Source: Patescibacteria group bacterium (GTDB lineage Bacteria > Patescibacteriota > Minisyncoccia > Phycocordibacterales > PALSA-1337). From it: 64,000 nt of DNA. Of this stretch, positions 56,217 to 64,000 are shown piece after piece; the first letter of the stretch is position 1, and the number at the start of each line of letters is the position of its first letter. The notes beneath the pieces were generated by a model. That model searched no databases and was not told the DNA's origin. It worked only from the letters and a program-made list of their open reading frames with translations. The translations under genes were made by a program, and so were the position numbers. Location of the stretch: NCBI GenBank assembly GCA_040388415.1, contig JAZKBV010000005.1, positions 3,364-67,363 on the forward strand, read 5' to 3'.

Positions 56217-58469
56217 TTATCGAAGTTTCTTTGTTTTAAGCCGGAGAGAGTTCGTCACAACAGATACACTACTACCTGCCATAGCTAGTCCTGCAAATAT
56301 CGGATTGAGAACTATGCCCCAGATCGGAAACAAAAGACCTGCCGCTATCGGGATACCGACAACGTTGTAGATAAATGCCCAGAACAGATTCTGCTTGACC
56401 GTTCTCATGGTTGCGCGAGAGAGCTCAAATGCCTGAGAAAGCTTACTGATGTCACCATGAAGCAATGTTATGCCAGCAGACTCAATGGCAATATCGGTTC
56501 CAGTAGCCATCGCAATGCCCACGTCAGCCTGTACGAGCGCAGGAGCATCGTTGATACCATCGCCTGCCATTGCCACTTTTTTTCCTTCTGCTTGAAGGGC
56601 TTTGATCTTTCCTGCTTTTTCAGCTGGCATGACTTCAGCGATAACTGTATCAATGCCAGCTTGTTTGGCGATATATTGGGCGGCCAAGTGATTGTCGCCG
56701 GTAAGCATGACAACTTTAATACCTCTCTTATGGAGTTTCGCTATTGCCTCAACTGCCTCGGTTTTTAATGTGTCGCTTAGAGCAACAAGCCCAACAATCT
56801 TTTTGCCGGCTTCTACAATCACAACCGTCTTCCCTTGCTCTTGAAGAACTCTAAGCTGACTAATACTTGATGATTCATTTACACTCGGCTTATGAATATA
56901 GATTTCTTGATTTCCAAAAGTAGCTTTCACGCCCACGCCTTCCAATGCAACAAAATTATCTACTTTTTCAATAGCGATTTTTCTTTCAATAGCTTTTTGA
57001 ACGATTGACTCTGCCAACGGATGTTCAGATAATTTTTCTACGCTCGACGTGACTTGAAGCAAGCGAGATTCATTCCATGTTGAATCAAGAATGATGATAT
57101 CCGTCACCTCAGGCTTACCTTTTGTAATCGTCCCCGTTTTATCGAGAACGATAGTGTCTACTTTGCTCAACTTTTCAAGTGCCTCAGCATTTTTTATCAG
57201 GATGCCGTATTCAGCGCCTTTACCAACGCCAACAATGATCGCGGTAGGCGTAGCAAGGCCGAGCGCACAGGGACAAGCGATAACGAGAATGCCGACAAAT
57301 GAAAGAATACCGTATGATAGTGCTACAGAAAAGCCGAGAACAGACGTACCGATAGTAAGCCAGACAAGGAGCGTCAGTCCGGCTATACCAAGGACAACTG
57401 GCACAAATATACTTGAAATCTTATCTGCTAGAGCTTGAATAGGTGCTTTTGATCCTTGTGCCTCTTCAACCATCCGTATGATCTGTGACAAGACGGTGTC
57501 AGATCCGATCTTGGTAGCGCTAAATCTGATATTTCCCTGCTTATTGATCGTTGCACCGACAACAAGATCCCCCACTTTCTTATCGACAGGGATAGGTTCC
57601 CCTGTGATCATTGATTCATCGATCGATGATGAGCCCCCGATGATCTTTCCATCAACAGGAATTTTAGCGCCGGGCTTGACGATAACGATATCACCGATCT
57701 TCACCTCGCTTACAGGTATCTCTTGCTCGACTTCATTTCTGAATACAAATGCAGTTTTTGCCTGTAGTCCTATGAGTTTTTCGATTGCTTCGCCAGTATG
57801 CAACTTTGAACGCGCTTCAAGATATTTACCAAATACAACAAAACCGATAACAACTATAGTCACATCGAAATACGTGTACTCTGGTAAATTAAGTGCAATG
57901 CGTACACTTGGAATCAGGGTAACAATAACACTGTAAGCATAGGCTGTAAGCGTACCGATACCGATCAATGTGTCCATATTCGCAACTCGGTATCGTATAA
58001 AGCGGAGCACTCCTTGTAAAAACGGTTGACCGATCCAAAACATGACGATAGTCGCTAGTATCATTGTTATTGGATTAAATATTTCCATTGGCACAACAAA
58101 CGCTGGAACTGCTGAAAAAATTTTTGAAGCAATATCCCATATCATGATGATAAAAATCGCAATTGCTACAGGCAGAACGAATCTTATTTTATTCTTCATC
58201 CGAGCTAGTTCAGAAACCTTTTCGTCTTTTGTCTGATTCAAACCGAGATGCTGTGCATGATCGTCAACGAATTCATACCCGAGCTTTTTGATCTCATCAT
58301 TCATTTTATTCACATCAATCGTTTGATGATCGAACTCAATCTGCGCTTTTTCGGTTGCTACATTTACATTAACGTTTTTCACTCCTTCAAGTTTTGAAAT
58401 CTTTTGAGTGATGATCGTGGCACAACTCGCACAGTGCATCCCTATTACCTGTAGTGTTTTTTTAGTCAT
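56217..58469 (-). CDS. copA: Copper-translocating P1B-type ATPase
   Basis: The N-terminal HMA motif is GMHCASCA. The TM metal site is ACPCALG. DKTGTIT and [10 protein letters not shown] are also present. Confidence 0.9.
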   Translation of the reverse strand: MTKKTLQVIGMHCASCATIITQKISKLEGVKNVNVNVATEKAQIEFDHQTIDVNKMNDEIKKLGYEFVDDHAQHLGLNQTKDEKVSELARMKNKIRFVLPVAIAIFIIMIWDIASKIFSAVPAFVVPMEIFNPITMILATIVMFWIGQPFLQGVLRFIRYRVANMDTLIGIGTLTAYAYSVIVTLIPSVRIALNLPEYTYFDVTIVVIGFVVFGKYLEARSKLHTGEAIEKLIGLQAKTAFVFRNEVEQEIPVSEVKIGDIVIVKPGAKIPVDGKIIGGSSSIDESMITGEPIPVDKKVGDLVVGATINKQGNIRFSATKIGSDTVLSQIIRMVEEAQGSKAPIQALADKISSIFVPVVLGIAGLTLLVWLTIGTSVLGFSVALSYGILSFVGILVIACPCALGLATPTAIIVGVGKGAEYGILIKNAEALEKLSKVDTIVLDKTGTITKGKPEVTDIIILDSTWNESRLLQVTSSVEKLSEHPLAESIVQKAIERKIAIEKVDNFVALEGVGVKATFGNQEIYIHKPSVNESSSISQLRVLQEQGKTVVIVEAGKKIVGLVALSDTLKTEAVEAIAKLHKRGIKVVMLTGDNHLAAQYIAKQAGIDTVIAEVMPAEKAGKIKALQAEGKKVAMAGDGINDAPALVQADVGIAMATGTDIAIESAGITLLHGDISKLSQAFELSRATMRTVKQNLFWAFIYNVVGIPIAAGLLFPIWGIVLNPIFAGLAMAGSSVSVVTNSLRLKTKKLR

Positions 58470-58496
58470 ATTTTTTATAATTTTAGTCAGGCTTTA

Positions 58497-59858
58497 TTAA
58501 TCAATCACATTAAACACACCCCTATACATACCCATTGAGCACGTAAAGCGCATCTGACCAGTTTGAGTCGGCGTGAATTCGATCGTATTTTCTCCAAGCT
58601 TGAGAGGCTGGGCTATGTTCGCAGAAGGCATAGAGATATAGGCCGCGCAGGTAAACTGGCTTTCGCTCGTGATTTTCCAGACCACTGGTATGCCCTTTTT
58701 AATGGTGAATTGATTTGGGCTATAACCTGCGATCTGTTGCGTCATATAGACTATTTGCTTGCCGTCAACAACTTTAACCGCCTTATTCGATGAACTACCT
58801 ATACCTTGTGTAATCGAGCCGAACGAAGGCAATGACCAGCCAGTCAGATTGAAACCGGTAGTTATATTAAAGAACGCGAGAGTTATAACCACGATGCCGG
58901 CAAATTTGAAGAAATGCCGAGCAAAACTGCCTCGTATAGCAGATGTCAGACCACCAATACCAATGATTCCCGGTAGAGTTCCAAGTGCAAATATGCCCAT
59001 GATCAATGCGCCTTGCGTAAAACTACCTGTGCTAATGGCGTACAACTGCATCGCTTGTGTAAAACCGCACGGCACAAAAAAAGTAAGCGCACCGGTAATA
59101 AATGAGCCTCGGTGGCTGTATTCTTTTTTTTCAGTGCTCAACCCAAAAAGCTTGCTGATGCTTTTGGGCAGTACCAATCCTTTGTTATGAAGTCGAGGAA
59201 ATATCTCAGTTAGTTTAAGCCCGAGAACAAGCATGACCAGTCCCAATGTCATTGTTATGGTTCCGAGCACTGGCGAAGAAAGCTTGAATGCCGATCCAAG
59301 TAGACCGATAAATCCACCTAAAAGCGCGTATGAAGCTAGTCGGCCAAGGTTAAAAAATATATGCGGCCGAAACTTTTCCTGCGTAGTTGCCTCAGGGTGT
59401 AACTCAGCATGACGTGATGACATGGCGAGGACCAAACCGCCAATGAGAGCCATACATGTTGAGACCCCCGCCGTGAGTCCGATAAGGAGTACGCCGATGA
59501 GGCCAGGTGTACCACTTATATTGAGATTTAAATTGAAAACACCAAAAGCGCGCAGTGCAGTGTATATCAAAAATAAAGCACAAGCAGCAACGGCAAGCTC
59601 AGCGTAGTCTTTTGGATTCCTCGATATAAAATGCTTTTTGTCTTCCAGTCCGACAGTGTAACCAGCTTTATTGACCGCTTTCTCAATATCTCGCATGCGT
59701 GGTTCATCTCCGAAATATTCAATTTTAGCTGAGCCTTTTTTGTAATTTGTAATAACTTTCTTTACCCCTTGTACCTCCCCAATATTTTGTTCGAGGAGCA
59801 TCTCGCATGAGCGACAATGCATTCCCTTGATCTGTAATATGATTTTTTTATGTGCCAT
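58497..59858 (-). CDS. HMA-domain membrane protein: a CcdA/DsbD-like TM core with two intramembrane Cys and a C-terminal soluble domain carrying Cys/Met; probable copper handling
   Basis: The N-terminal HMA motif is GMHCRSCE. TM cysteines are in GVSTCMALIGG and FFVPCGFTQAM. The C-terminal beta-rich domain carries FTCAAY and FTCSMGMYRG. Confidence 0.55.
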   Translation of the reverse strand: MAHKKIILQIKGMHCRSCEMLLEQNIGEVQGVKKVITNYKKGSAKIEYFGDEPRMRDIEKAVNKAGYTVGLEDKKHFISRNPKDYAELAVAACALFLIYTALRAFGVFNLNLNISGTPGLIGVLLIGLTAGVSTCMALIGGLVLAMSSRHAELHPEATTQEKFRPHIFFNLGRLASYALLGGFIGLLGSAFKLSSPVLGTITMTLGLVMLVLGLKLTEIFPRLHNKGLVLPKSISKLFGLSTEKKEYSHRGSFITGALTFFVPCGFTQAMQLYAISTGSFTQGALIMGIFALGTLPGIIGIGGLTSAIRGSFARHFFKFAGIVVITLAFFNITTGFNLTGWSLPSFGSITQGIGSSSNKAVKVVDGKQIVYMTQQIAGYSPNQFTIKKGIPVVWKITSESQFTCAAYISMPSANIAQPLKLGENTIEFTPTQTGQMRFTCSMGMYRGVFNVID

Positions 59859-59868
59859 GAGATTTGAT

Positions 59869-60141
59869 TTATCTTTGCGCCAGCTTATAGATCTTCAATA
59901 TCTCGGCCACAGCCTTCTTTTCCTCGCCGTTATTAATCTGCTCCGTCACATGCGTCTCAAGGTGATTTTGTAAAATCAAATTTCCCACGCCAGAAAGCGC
60001 CTCACGGACAGCTTCAATCTGCGTGATAATATCGACACAATATTTTTCTTCCTCGACCATCTCTTGAATACCTCGAACCTGCCCTGCAACGATTGATAAG
60101 CGACGCTGTGATGAACTTTTAATATCTTTTTTCATGAGCAT
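59869..60141 (-). CDS. csoR: CsoR/RcnR-family metal-sensing repressor
   Basis: A 90-aa ORF with RLSIVAGQVRGIQEMVEEEKYCVDIITQIEAVREAL and a conserved C...H...C arrangement. Confidence 0.8.
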   Translation of the reverse strand: MLMKKDIKSSSQRRLSIVAGQVRGIQEMVEEEKYCVDIITQIEAVREALSGVGNLILQNHLETHVTEQINNGEEKKAVAEILKIYKLAQR

Positions 60142-60171
60142 AGTATACCCCCTAGGGGTATACTATGCAAG

Positions 60172-61233
60172 TTACTTATCTTTATTGTCTTTATTTCCCT
60201 TCACTTTGGAAGCATCTTTCAATTGCCGCCCCAATTGAAGCCCACGATCAATCGAGATCGAAGCTTCTTGCGCCTTCTTCTCAGAAACATCAATCAACAC
60301 ATTTGCAGCTGCATCATTATGCTTTGAATAGCTATCTTGAGCCTGGTTCAAATTGCTTTGGGCATTTTGAATTGACGTTGATGCAGAATCCAAAATGTCG
60401 TGCTCAAAAGAATCGTTCGATGGATGATTTTGAATATTAGCCTGTATCTTTTGGTCAGCATCGTGGATCACTTTTTGAACCTTGTCCTTTCTTTCAGGAA
60501 ACTTCGTTTTATTGTCGCTTTTGCCTGGAGTGATCACTTGCACTGTTGTTGTTGTCATCGTGGAAGTTGCTGTCGTAGAAGTCGAAACTGCATCGTCATC
60601 GCCTGTATCGACATCATCGCCGAGTTTATTCTCATTTTGATGTATCACAGCCTCGATATCGTTGATATGCGTCTTTTGATCGTCAGACGAATGGTCTTTG
60701 ATCGACTTGAGCACTGAGGCGTGCGCAGACAGGGTTACATCGAGCTTGTCTTTATTTTTATGTGAAATGTTTGCTTGTAATATTTGTACCTGCGCATTTA
60801 CCGCTTCTTTGATATCACTCGCAGTTGAGCTTGCCAATCTACCCTGGACAGCGAGATCCTCTGCCTCCATAAGCCTTTCCTCCACTTGAGCGACTTGGAT
60901 CTGTTGCTTTGCCTCTGCAGTCACTGCAAGCGCTACTTTTATAGGTTCTGAAACGTGAATCTTTACTGGATAGAGAATATCTCCCGGTAGAGCTGCTTCG
61001 CTTGCGAACACGGTCGTGCCACCTGCAAGGAGAACGATCAACAGGCTGGCGAGAATATATGATAGAGGTCTATTGAAATGATGTGTCCACACAGAGATAG
61101 AGTATGGGCTTTTGATCGAAGGATTCGATTCAGCATACCAATTGAGCACATCAAAAAGAGTCGACTTTTCTTTCGGAGTAAGGGAGACTTTTTTGATTTG
61201 TTCTATAGTGTTTTTGATGGGGTCTGTTTTCAT
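60172..61233 (-). CDS. Anti-sigma-factor-like membrane protein with a long helical extracytoplasmic domain
   Basis: The start is taken at ATG 61233 (MKTDPIKN), 5 nt after the sigma gene stop. One TM helix is LSYILASLLIVLLAGG. The C-terminal domain is helical and Asp/Lys-rich. Confidence 0.5.
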   Translation of the reverse strand: MKTDPIKNTIEQIKKVSLTPKEKSTLFDVLNWYAESNPSIKSPYSISVWTHHFNRPLSYILASLLIVLLAGGTTVFASEAALPGDILYPVKIHVSEPIKVALAVTAEAKQQIQVAQVEERLMEAEDLAVQGRLASSTASDIKEAVNAQVQILQANISHKNKDKLDVTLSAHASVLKSIKDHSSDDQKTHINDIEAVIHQNENKLGDDVDTGDDDAVSTSTTATSTMTTTTVQVITPGKSDNKTKFPERKDKVQKVIHDADQKIQANIQNHPSNDSFEHDILDSASTSIQNAQSNLNQAQDSYSKHNDAAANVLIDVSEKKAQEASISIDRGLQLGRQLKDASKVKGNKDNKDK

Positions 61234-61237
61234 GTGA

Positions 61238-61768
61238 TTATTGTCGTGGTAAATCGTATCCCGTTGCCTTTCGTAATTCCTCGAGAGCCCTAAATATGCG
61301 AACTGACACTGCGTTTTCTTGGATATTGAGGATCTGTGCGATTTCCTTTGGCTTGAGATCTTCAATATATTTAAAATAAAGAACCTGTTGCGACGTATGC
61401 GGGAGCGATTTGATCTTATCGAGCAAGAACCGACTTTCTGTAGTCAGCTCGAGTGCTCCTTTGGCATTGTCTTCTATAAGTACGAACTCCTCAGGATCTT
61501 CACTGTCCTCCTGGAGCTCCTCGAGTGAAATGGCTTTTTTCTTTCTATACCAATCAATGATGCTGTTGCGCGCTATGGTAAAGAGAAATGCCTTATCATT
61601 TAACACACGTGTTCCTTTGATCAAACTATCCCAGTAGCGCATAAACACATCTTGAGTGAGATCTATAGCCACATTTCGGTCAGATACTCGTAAAAAACAA
61701 AATCGAAATATCGAATCCGCATGCTCGTTATATATTTTTACAAATCGGTCATTCACTCGAGTGTTCAT
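61238..61768 (-). CDS. ECF-type RNA polymerase sigma-70 factor
   Basis: Region 2 is LTQDVFMRYWDSL. The region 4 HTH is LKPKEIAQILNIQENAVSVRIFRALEELRK. Confidence 0.8.
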   Translation of the reverse strand: MNTRVNDRFVKIYNEHADSIFRFCFLRVSDRNVAIDLTQDVFMRYWDSLIKGTRVLNDKAFLFTIARNSIIDWYRKKKAISLEELQEDSEDPEEFVLIEDNAKGALELTTESRFLLDKIKSLPHTSQQVLYFKYIEDLKPKEIAQILNIQENAVSVRIFRALEELRKATGYDLPRQ

Positions 61769-62003
61769 TGATTAAGACGTGCTGATAAGCGAAATCTTAC
61801 CTATGCAATACCTATATAAAACGGCCTCAAATCGCTAATATACATCAATGATACAACGCTTAGATATTGCCGTCTAGGTAATATATATCGTGCAACAACG
61901 TCACCCTTGATGTGCGGAGTGGCCGCACTGTACACGACGACGTACTATTATTATAAGCACTAACAAAATATTGACCTCAAATTAACATAATAAATTTAAC
62001 TAT

Positions 62004-63278
62004 ATGAAACATTATCCAAAGATCGTTACGTTCGTAAGCAGTCTCGCCCTCATGTCATCCCTCGTCTTGTCTCCAGCACTCACGTTTGCAAAAGATAATA
62101 ATGGCAATGGCAAAGGAAATAGCGAGCAAGCAAAAGAACAGACAAAAATCACTCAAGCTCAAGTAAAAGCAGAGACGAAGGCACAAAAAGAAGCTGAAAA
62201 AGAAGATAAGAGCTGTATTCGCGCCTTCGGACATTTGATCGCACCAGGATGGATCAAGCATAACGGACCTATCTCTATCGGAGATGAGTGTAATCTTCCC
62301 TTCGGTATAGGCAAGAAGTTTGGTGGTGATCATTCTACTACTACTCCTCCTGTAGTTGATACTACAGCTCCTGTTATCAGCTCGATCAGCGTGAACCCAC
62401 GTGTGAATAGCGCTCTTGTTCATTGGACAACAAATGAAAGAGCAAACAGTACTGTATTCTATAGCACGACAAACCCTGTCGATGTGAATGCAAGTGGTAC
62501 TGTATCTGTCGGATCAAGCCCTCTCGTTACAAATCATTGGGTAGCGCTCAACTCACTCGCTTCAAGCACGACATATTATGTGATTGTCCGCTCAAGCGAC
62601 GCATCGGGCAATACATCGACATCATCACAGACAACGTTCACTACGCGCGCTTCAACTGGTACAACTGATACCAAAGCTCCTGTCATCAGTAATATCGTAT
62701 CAGTCACCGGAACAACCAGCGCACAGATTGGTTGGACAACTGATGAATATGCCTCATCAAAGGTATATTACTCAAGCTCTTCGACGATTGACGTAACATC
62801 ATCAAGCACGACATTCGTAGAGAAGACTTCACTTGATAAGAATCATCTCGTCACCGTCACTGGTCTCAATGCAAGCAGTACATACTACTTCATTGTTGAG
62901 TCTACTGATGCTTCAGGCAATACGTCTCGCTCTCCAGTATTCTCAGCTACGACTGGTGTAGTTGTGCCAGTCACCGATACAACAGCTCCAGTCATTACCA
63001 ATGCGGTCGCAGTGATAGGCTCAAACAATGTTCAGCTCACATGGAATACCAATGAAGCTGCTACAACTAGAGCTTATTACTCTACATCAACACCTGTCAG
63101 TGTGACCGCAAGCACTACAGCTTTCGTTGAAAATCTCTCGCTCGTTACTGCACATACTGCTACAGTATCTGGCCTCGCAACGAGTACTCAGTATCACATG
63201 ATACTTGAGTCGAAGGATGCTTCAGGTAATACAAGCCTTTCAGCTGAATTCACCTTCACGACTACAGCTGGTTTGTAG
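62004..63278 (+). CDS. Secreted protein with three FN3/purple-acid-phosphatase-N-like repeats
   Basis: Signal peptide is present. Three repeats of the form TTAPVIS...V.WTT(N/D)E.A...YYS.S...V..S...NH...GL...T.YY..V.S.DASGNTS are seen. Confidence 0.6.
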   Translation: MKHYPKIVTFVSSLALMSSLVLSPALTFAKDNNGNGKGNSEQAKEQTKITQAQVKAETKAQKEAEKEDKSCIRAFGHLIAPGWIKHNGPISIGDECNLPFGIGKKFGGDHSTTTPPVVDTTAPVISSISVNPRVNSALVHWTTNERANSTVFYSTTNPVDVNASGTVSVGSSPLVTNHWVALNSLASSTTYYVIVRSSDASGNTSTSSQTTFTTRASTGTTDTKAPVISNIVSVTGTTSAQIGWTTDEYASSKVYYSSSSTIDVTSSSTTFVEKTSLDKNHLVTVTGLNASSTYYFIVESTDASGNTSRSPVFSATTGVVVPVTDTTAPVITNAVAVIGSNNVQLTWNTNEAATTRAYYSTSTPVSVTASTTAFVENLSLVTAHTATVSGLATSTQYHMILESKDASGNTSLSAEFTFTTTAGL

Positions 63279-63299
63279 ATCTTAGGTACACAGTATAAA

Positions 63300-63336
63300 A
63301 GTAAAAGAGCCCTCTAATGAGGGCTCTTTTACTTTA
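63300..63336 (+). terminator. Rho-independent terminator
   Basis: The hairpin aaaagagccctctaatgagggctctttt is seen directly. Confidence 0.7.
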
Positions 63337-63406
63337 TTGACCTTATATACAAAGTATGTTAATATATGATTTGAACTGTAACAACACAACCCAAGAAATT
63401 TGATCT

Positions 63407-63940
63407 ATGACAATAACTACACCCGTTGCGAGCAACCGGCTCGCCTTGCTTACTGACATGAGCGTGCTCAATGCACCTCTCACGTTCGAGCGCCTGAAAC
63501 TATTCGAAAGCAGGACTCTTGGATATATATTCCATAAAGTGCACCCGCTTAATCCAGCCATTAAGGCACACGGTCTCGAAACAATCACTTTCACAGGCGG
63601 GGGCAACAAAAAATACCCTTCCAGTGTCTGCGAAGACTTCCTCGTGGCAATACAACTGTTCATTGGACCTGAGTGGGATCGTCGGCCCAAGGAGCTCAAG
63701 ATCACTTCAGCATCCTGGCGTGATAAAGGTGAAACGATAACACTTACCTTCTTTGAGTTCATTCGTCATCAATGCACTATCATCTCCGGCGAAACAATGA
63801 ATCGGACCCAAGGTGGCAAAGGTGAGATTCAAATCTTGATGAAAGCATTCAGCGAGCTTTCGACCATGTTCAACATCAAGGTTCAGCACATCACCATCGG
63901 CGAGATTGATCTCGTCGCGCTCTACAAAGGAACAGTTTAA
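63407..63940 (+). CDS. Hypothetical protein
   Basis: A 177-aa ORF with no motif. Confidence 0.4.
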   Translation: MTITTPVASNRLALLTDMSVLNAPLTFERLKLFESRTLGYIFHKVHPLNPAIKAHGLETITFTGGGNKKYPSSVCEDFLVAIQLFIGPEWDRRPKELKITSASWRDKGETITLTFFEFIRHQCTIISGETMNRTQGGKGEIQILMKAFSELSTMFNIKVQHITIGEIDLVALYKGTV

Positions 63941-63959
63941 CGTTTCCAAATTTCAACAA

Positions 63960-63998
63960 CAAACCCCCGCTGGTAAAAGCGGGGGTTTATTTTTTTCT
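63960..63998 (+). terminator. Rho-independent terminator
   Basis: The hairpin aaacccccgctggtaaaagcgggggttt is followed by a T7 run. Confidence 0.7.
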
Positions 63999-64000
63999 TT

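Noticed and set aside
57091-57936. Antisense ORFs of 115 and 152 aa inside copA
   Set aside because: They lie opposite a highly conserved P-type ATPase frame and have Pro/Ser/Thr-rich artefactual translations.

Overview
The window looks like a small, tightly packed bacterial genome of the Patescibacteria/CPR type, read with the standard genetic code. This is inference from gene content: giant Thr/Pro-rich surface proteins, a split transketolase, a minimal AspRS, many small membrane or secreted proteins and few biosynthetic genes. Host GC is roughly 45-50%.

Most of the window is housekeeping. The recognisable genes include:
- aminoacyl-tRNA synthetases: trpS, gltX, cysS and a GAD-less aspS;
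- chromosome segregation and cell division: scpA, scpB, ftsW, murG and an EnvC-like M23 peptidase;
- translation and information processing: ribosomal proteins L27 and L9, ctpA, cmk and uvrB;
- central carbon and pyrimidine metabolism: a non-oxidative pentose-phosphate cluster (rpiB, rpe, two-piece transketolase), gap and pyrD;
- membrane, envelope and regulation: a MarR-EmrAB-type efflux operon, a csoR-HMA-copA copper operon, an ECF sigma/anti-sigma pair and an ABC exporter.

The window starts inside a surface-protein gene and is followed by its roughly 1950-aa paralog, which combines a BNR propeller, an SGNH hydrolase domain, FN3 repeats and PG-binding domains.

The standout is a compact, strongly AT-rich three-gene minus-strand island at 28043-31929, about 30% GC against about 48% in the flanks. 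It is wedged between uvrB (its stop is 1 nt from the island's first start) and an SPFH gene. It encodes:
- a zinc-ribbon protein with a C-terminal TIR/nucleoside-2-deoxyribosyltransferase-like flavodoxin-fold domain;
- a membrane-anchored DUF2726-like (restriction-endonuclease-fold) protein;
- a 768-aa RloC/PrrC-like protein, which is a Rad50-like ABC ATPase with a CxxC zinc hook fused to a HEPN-type anticodon-nuclease module carrying an R-x3-E...H motif.

No restriction-modification genes accompany it, so it looks like an undescribed RloC-centred defence/abortive-infection module. Other points of interest:
- a GC-rich 0.75-kb non-coding stretch at 35222-35957;
- a split transketolase interrupted by paralogous mini-membrane-protein genes;
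- a conserved C-terminal NIDFGF tail on both giant surface proteins;
- a CorA with GMD in place of GMN.

No tRNA, rRNA, CRISPR array or integrase/transposase was found.
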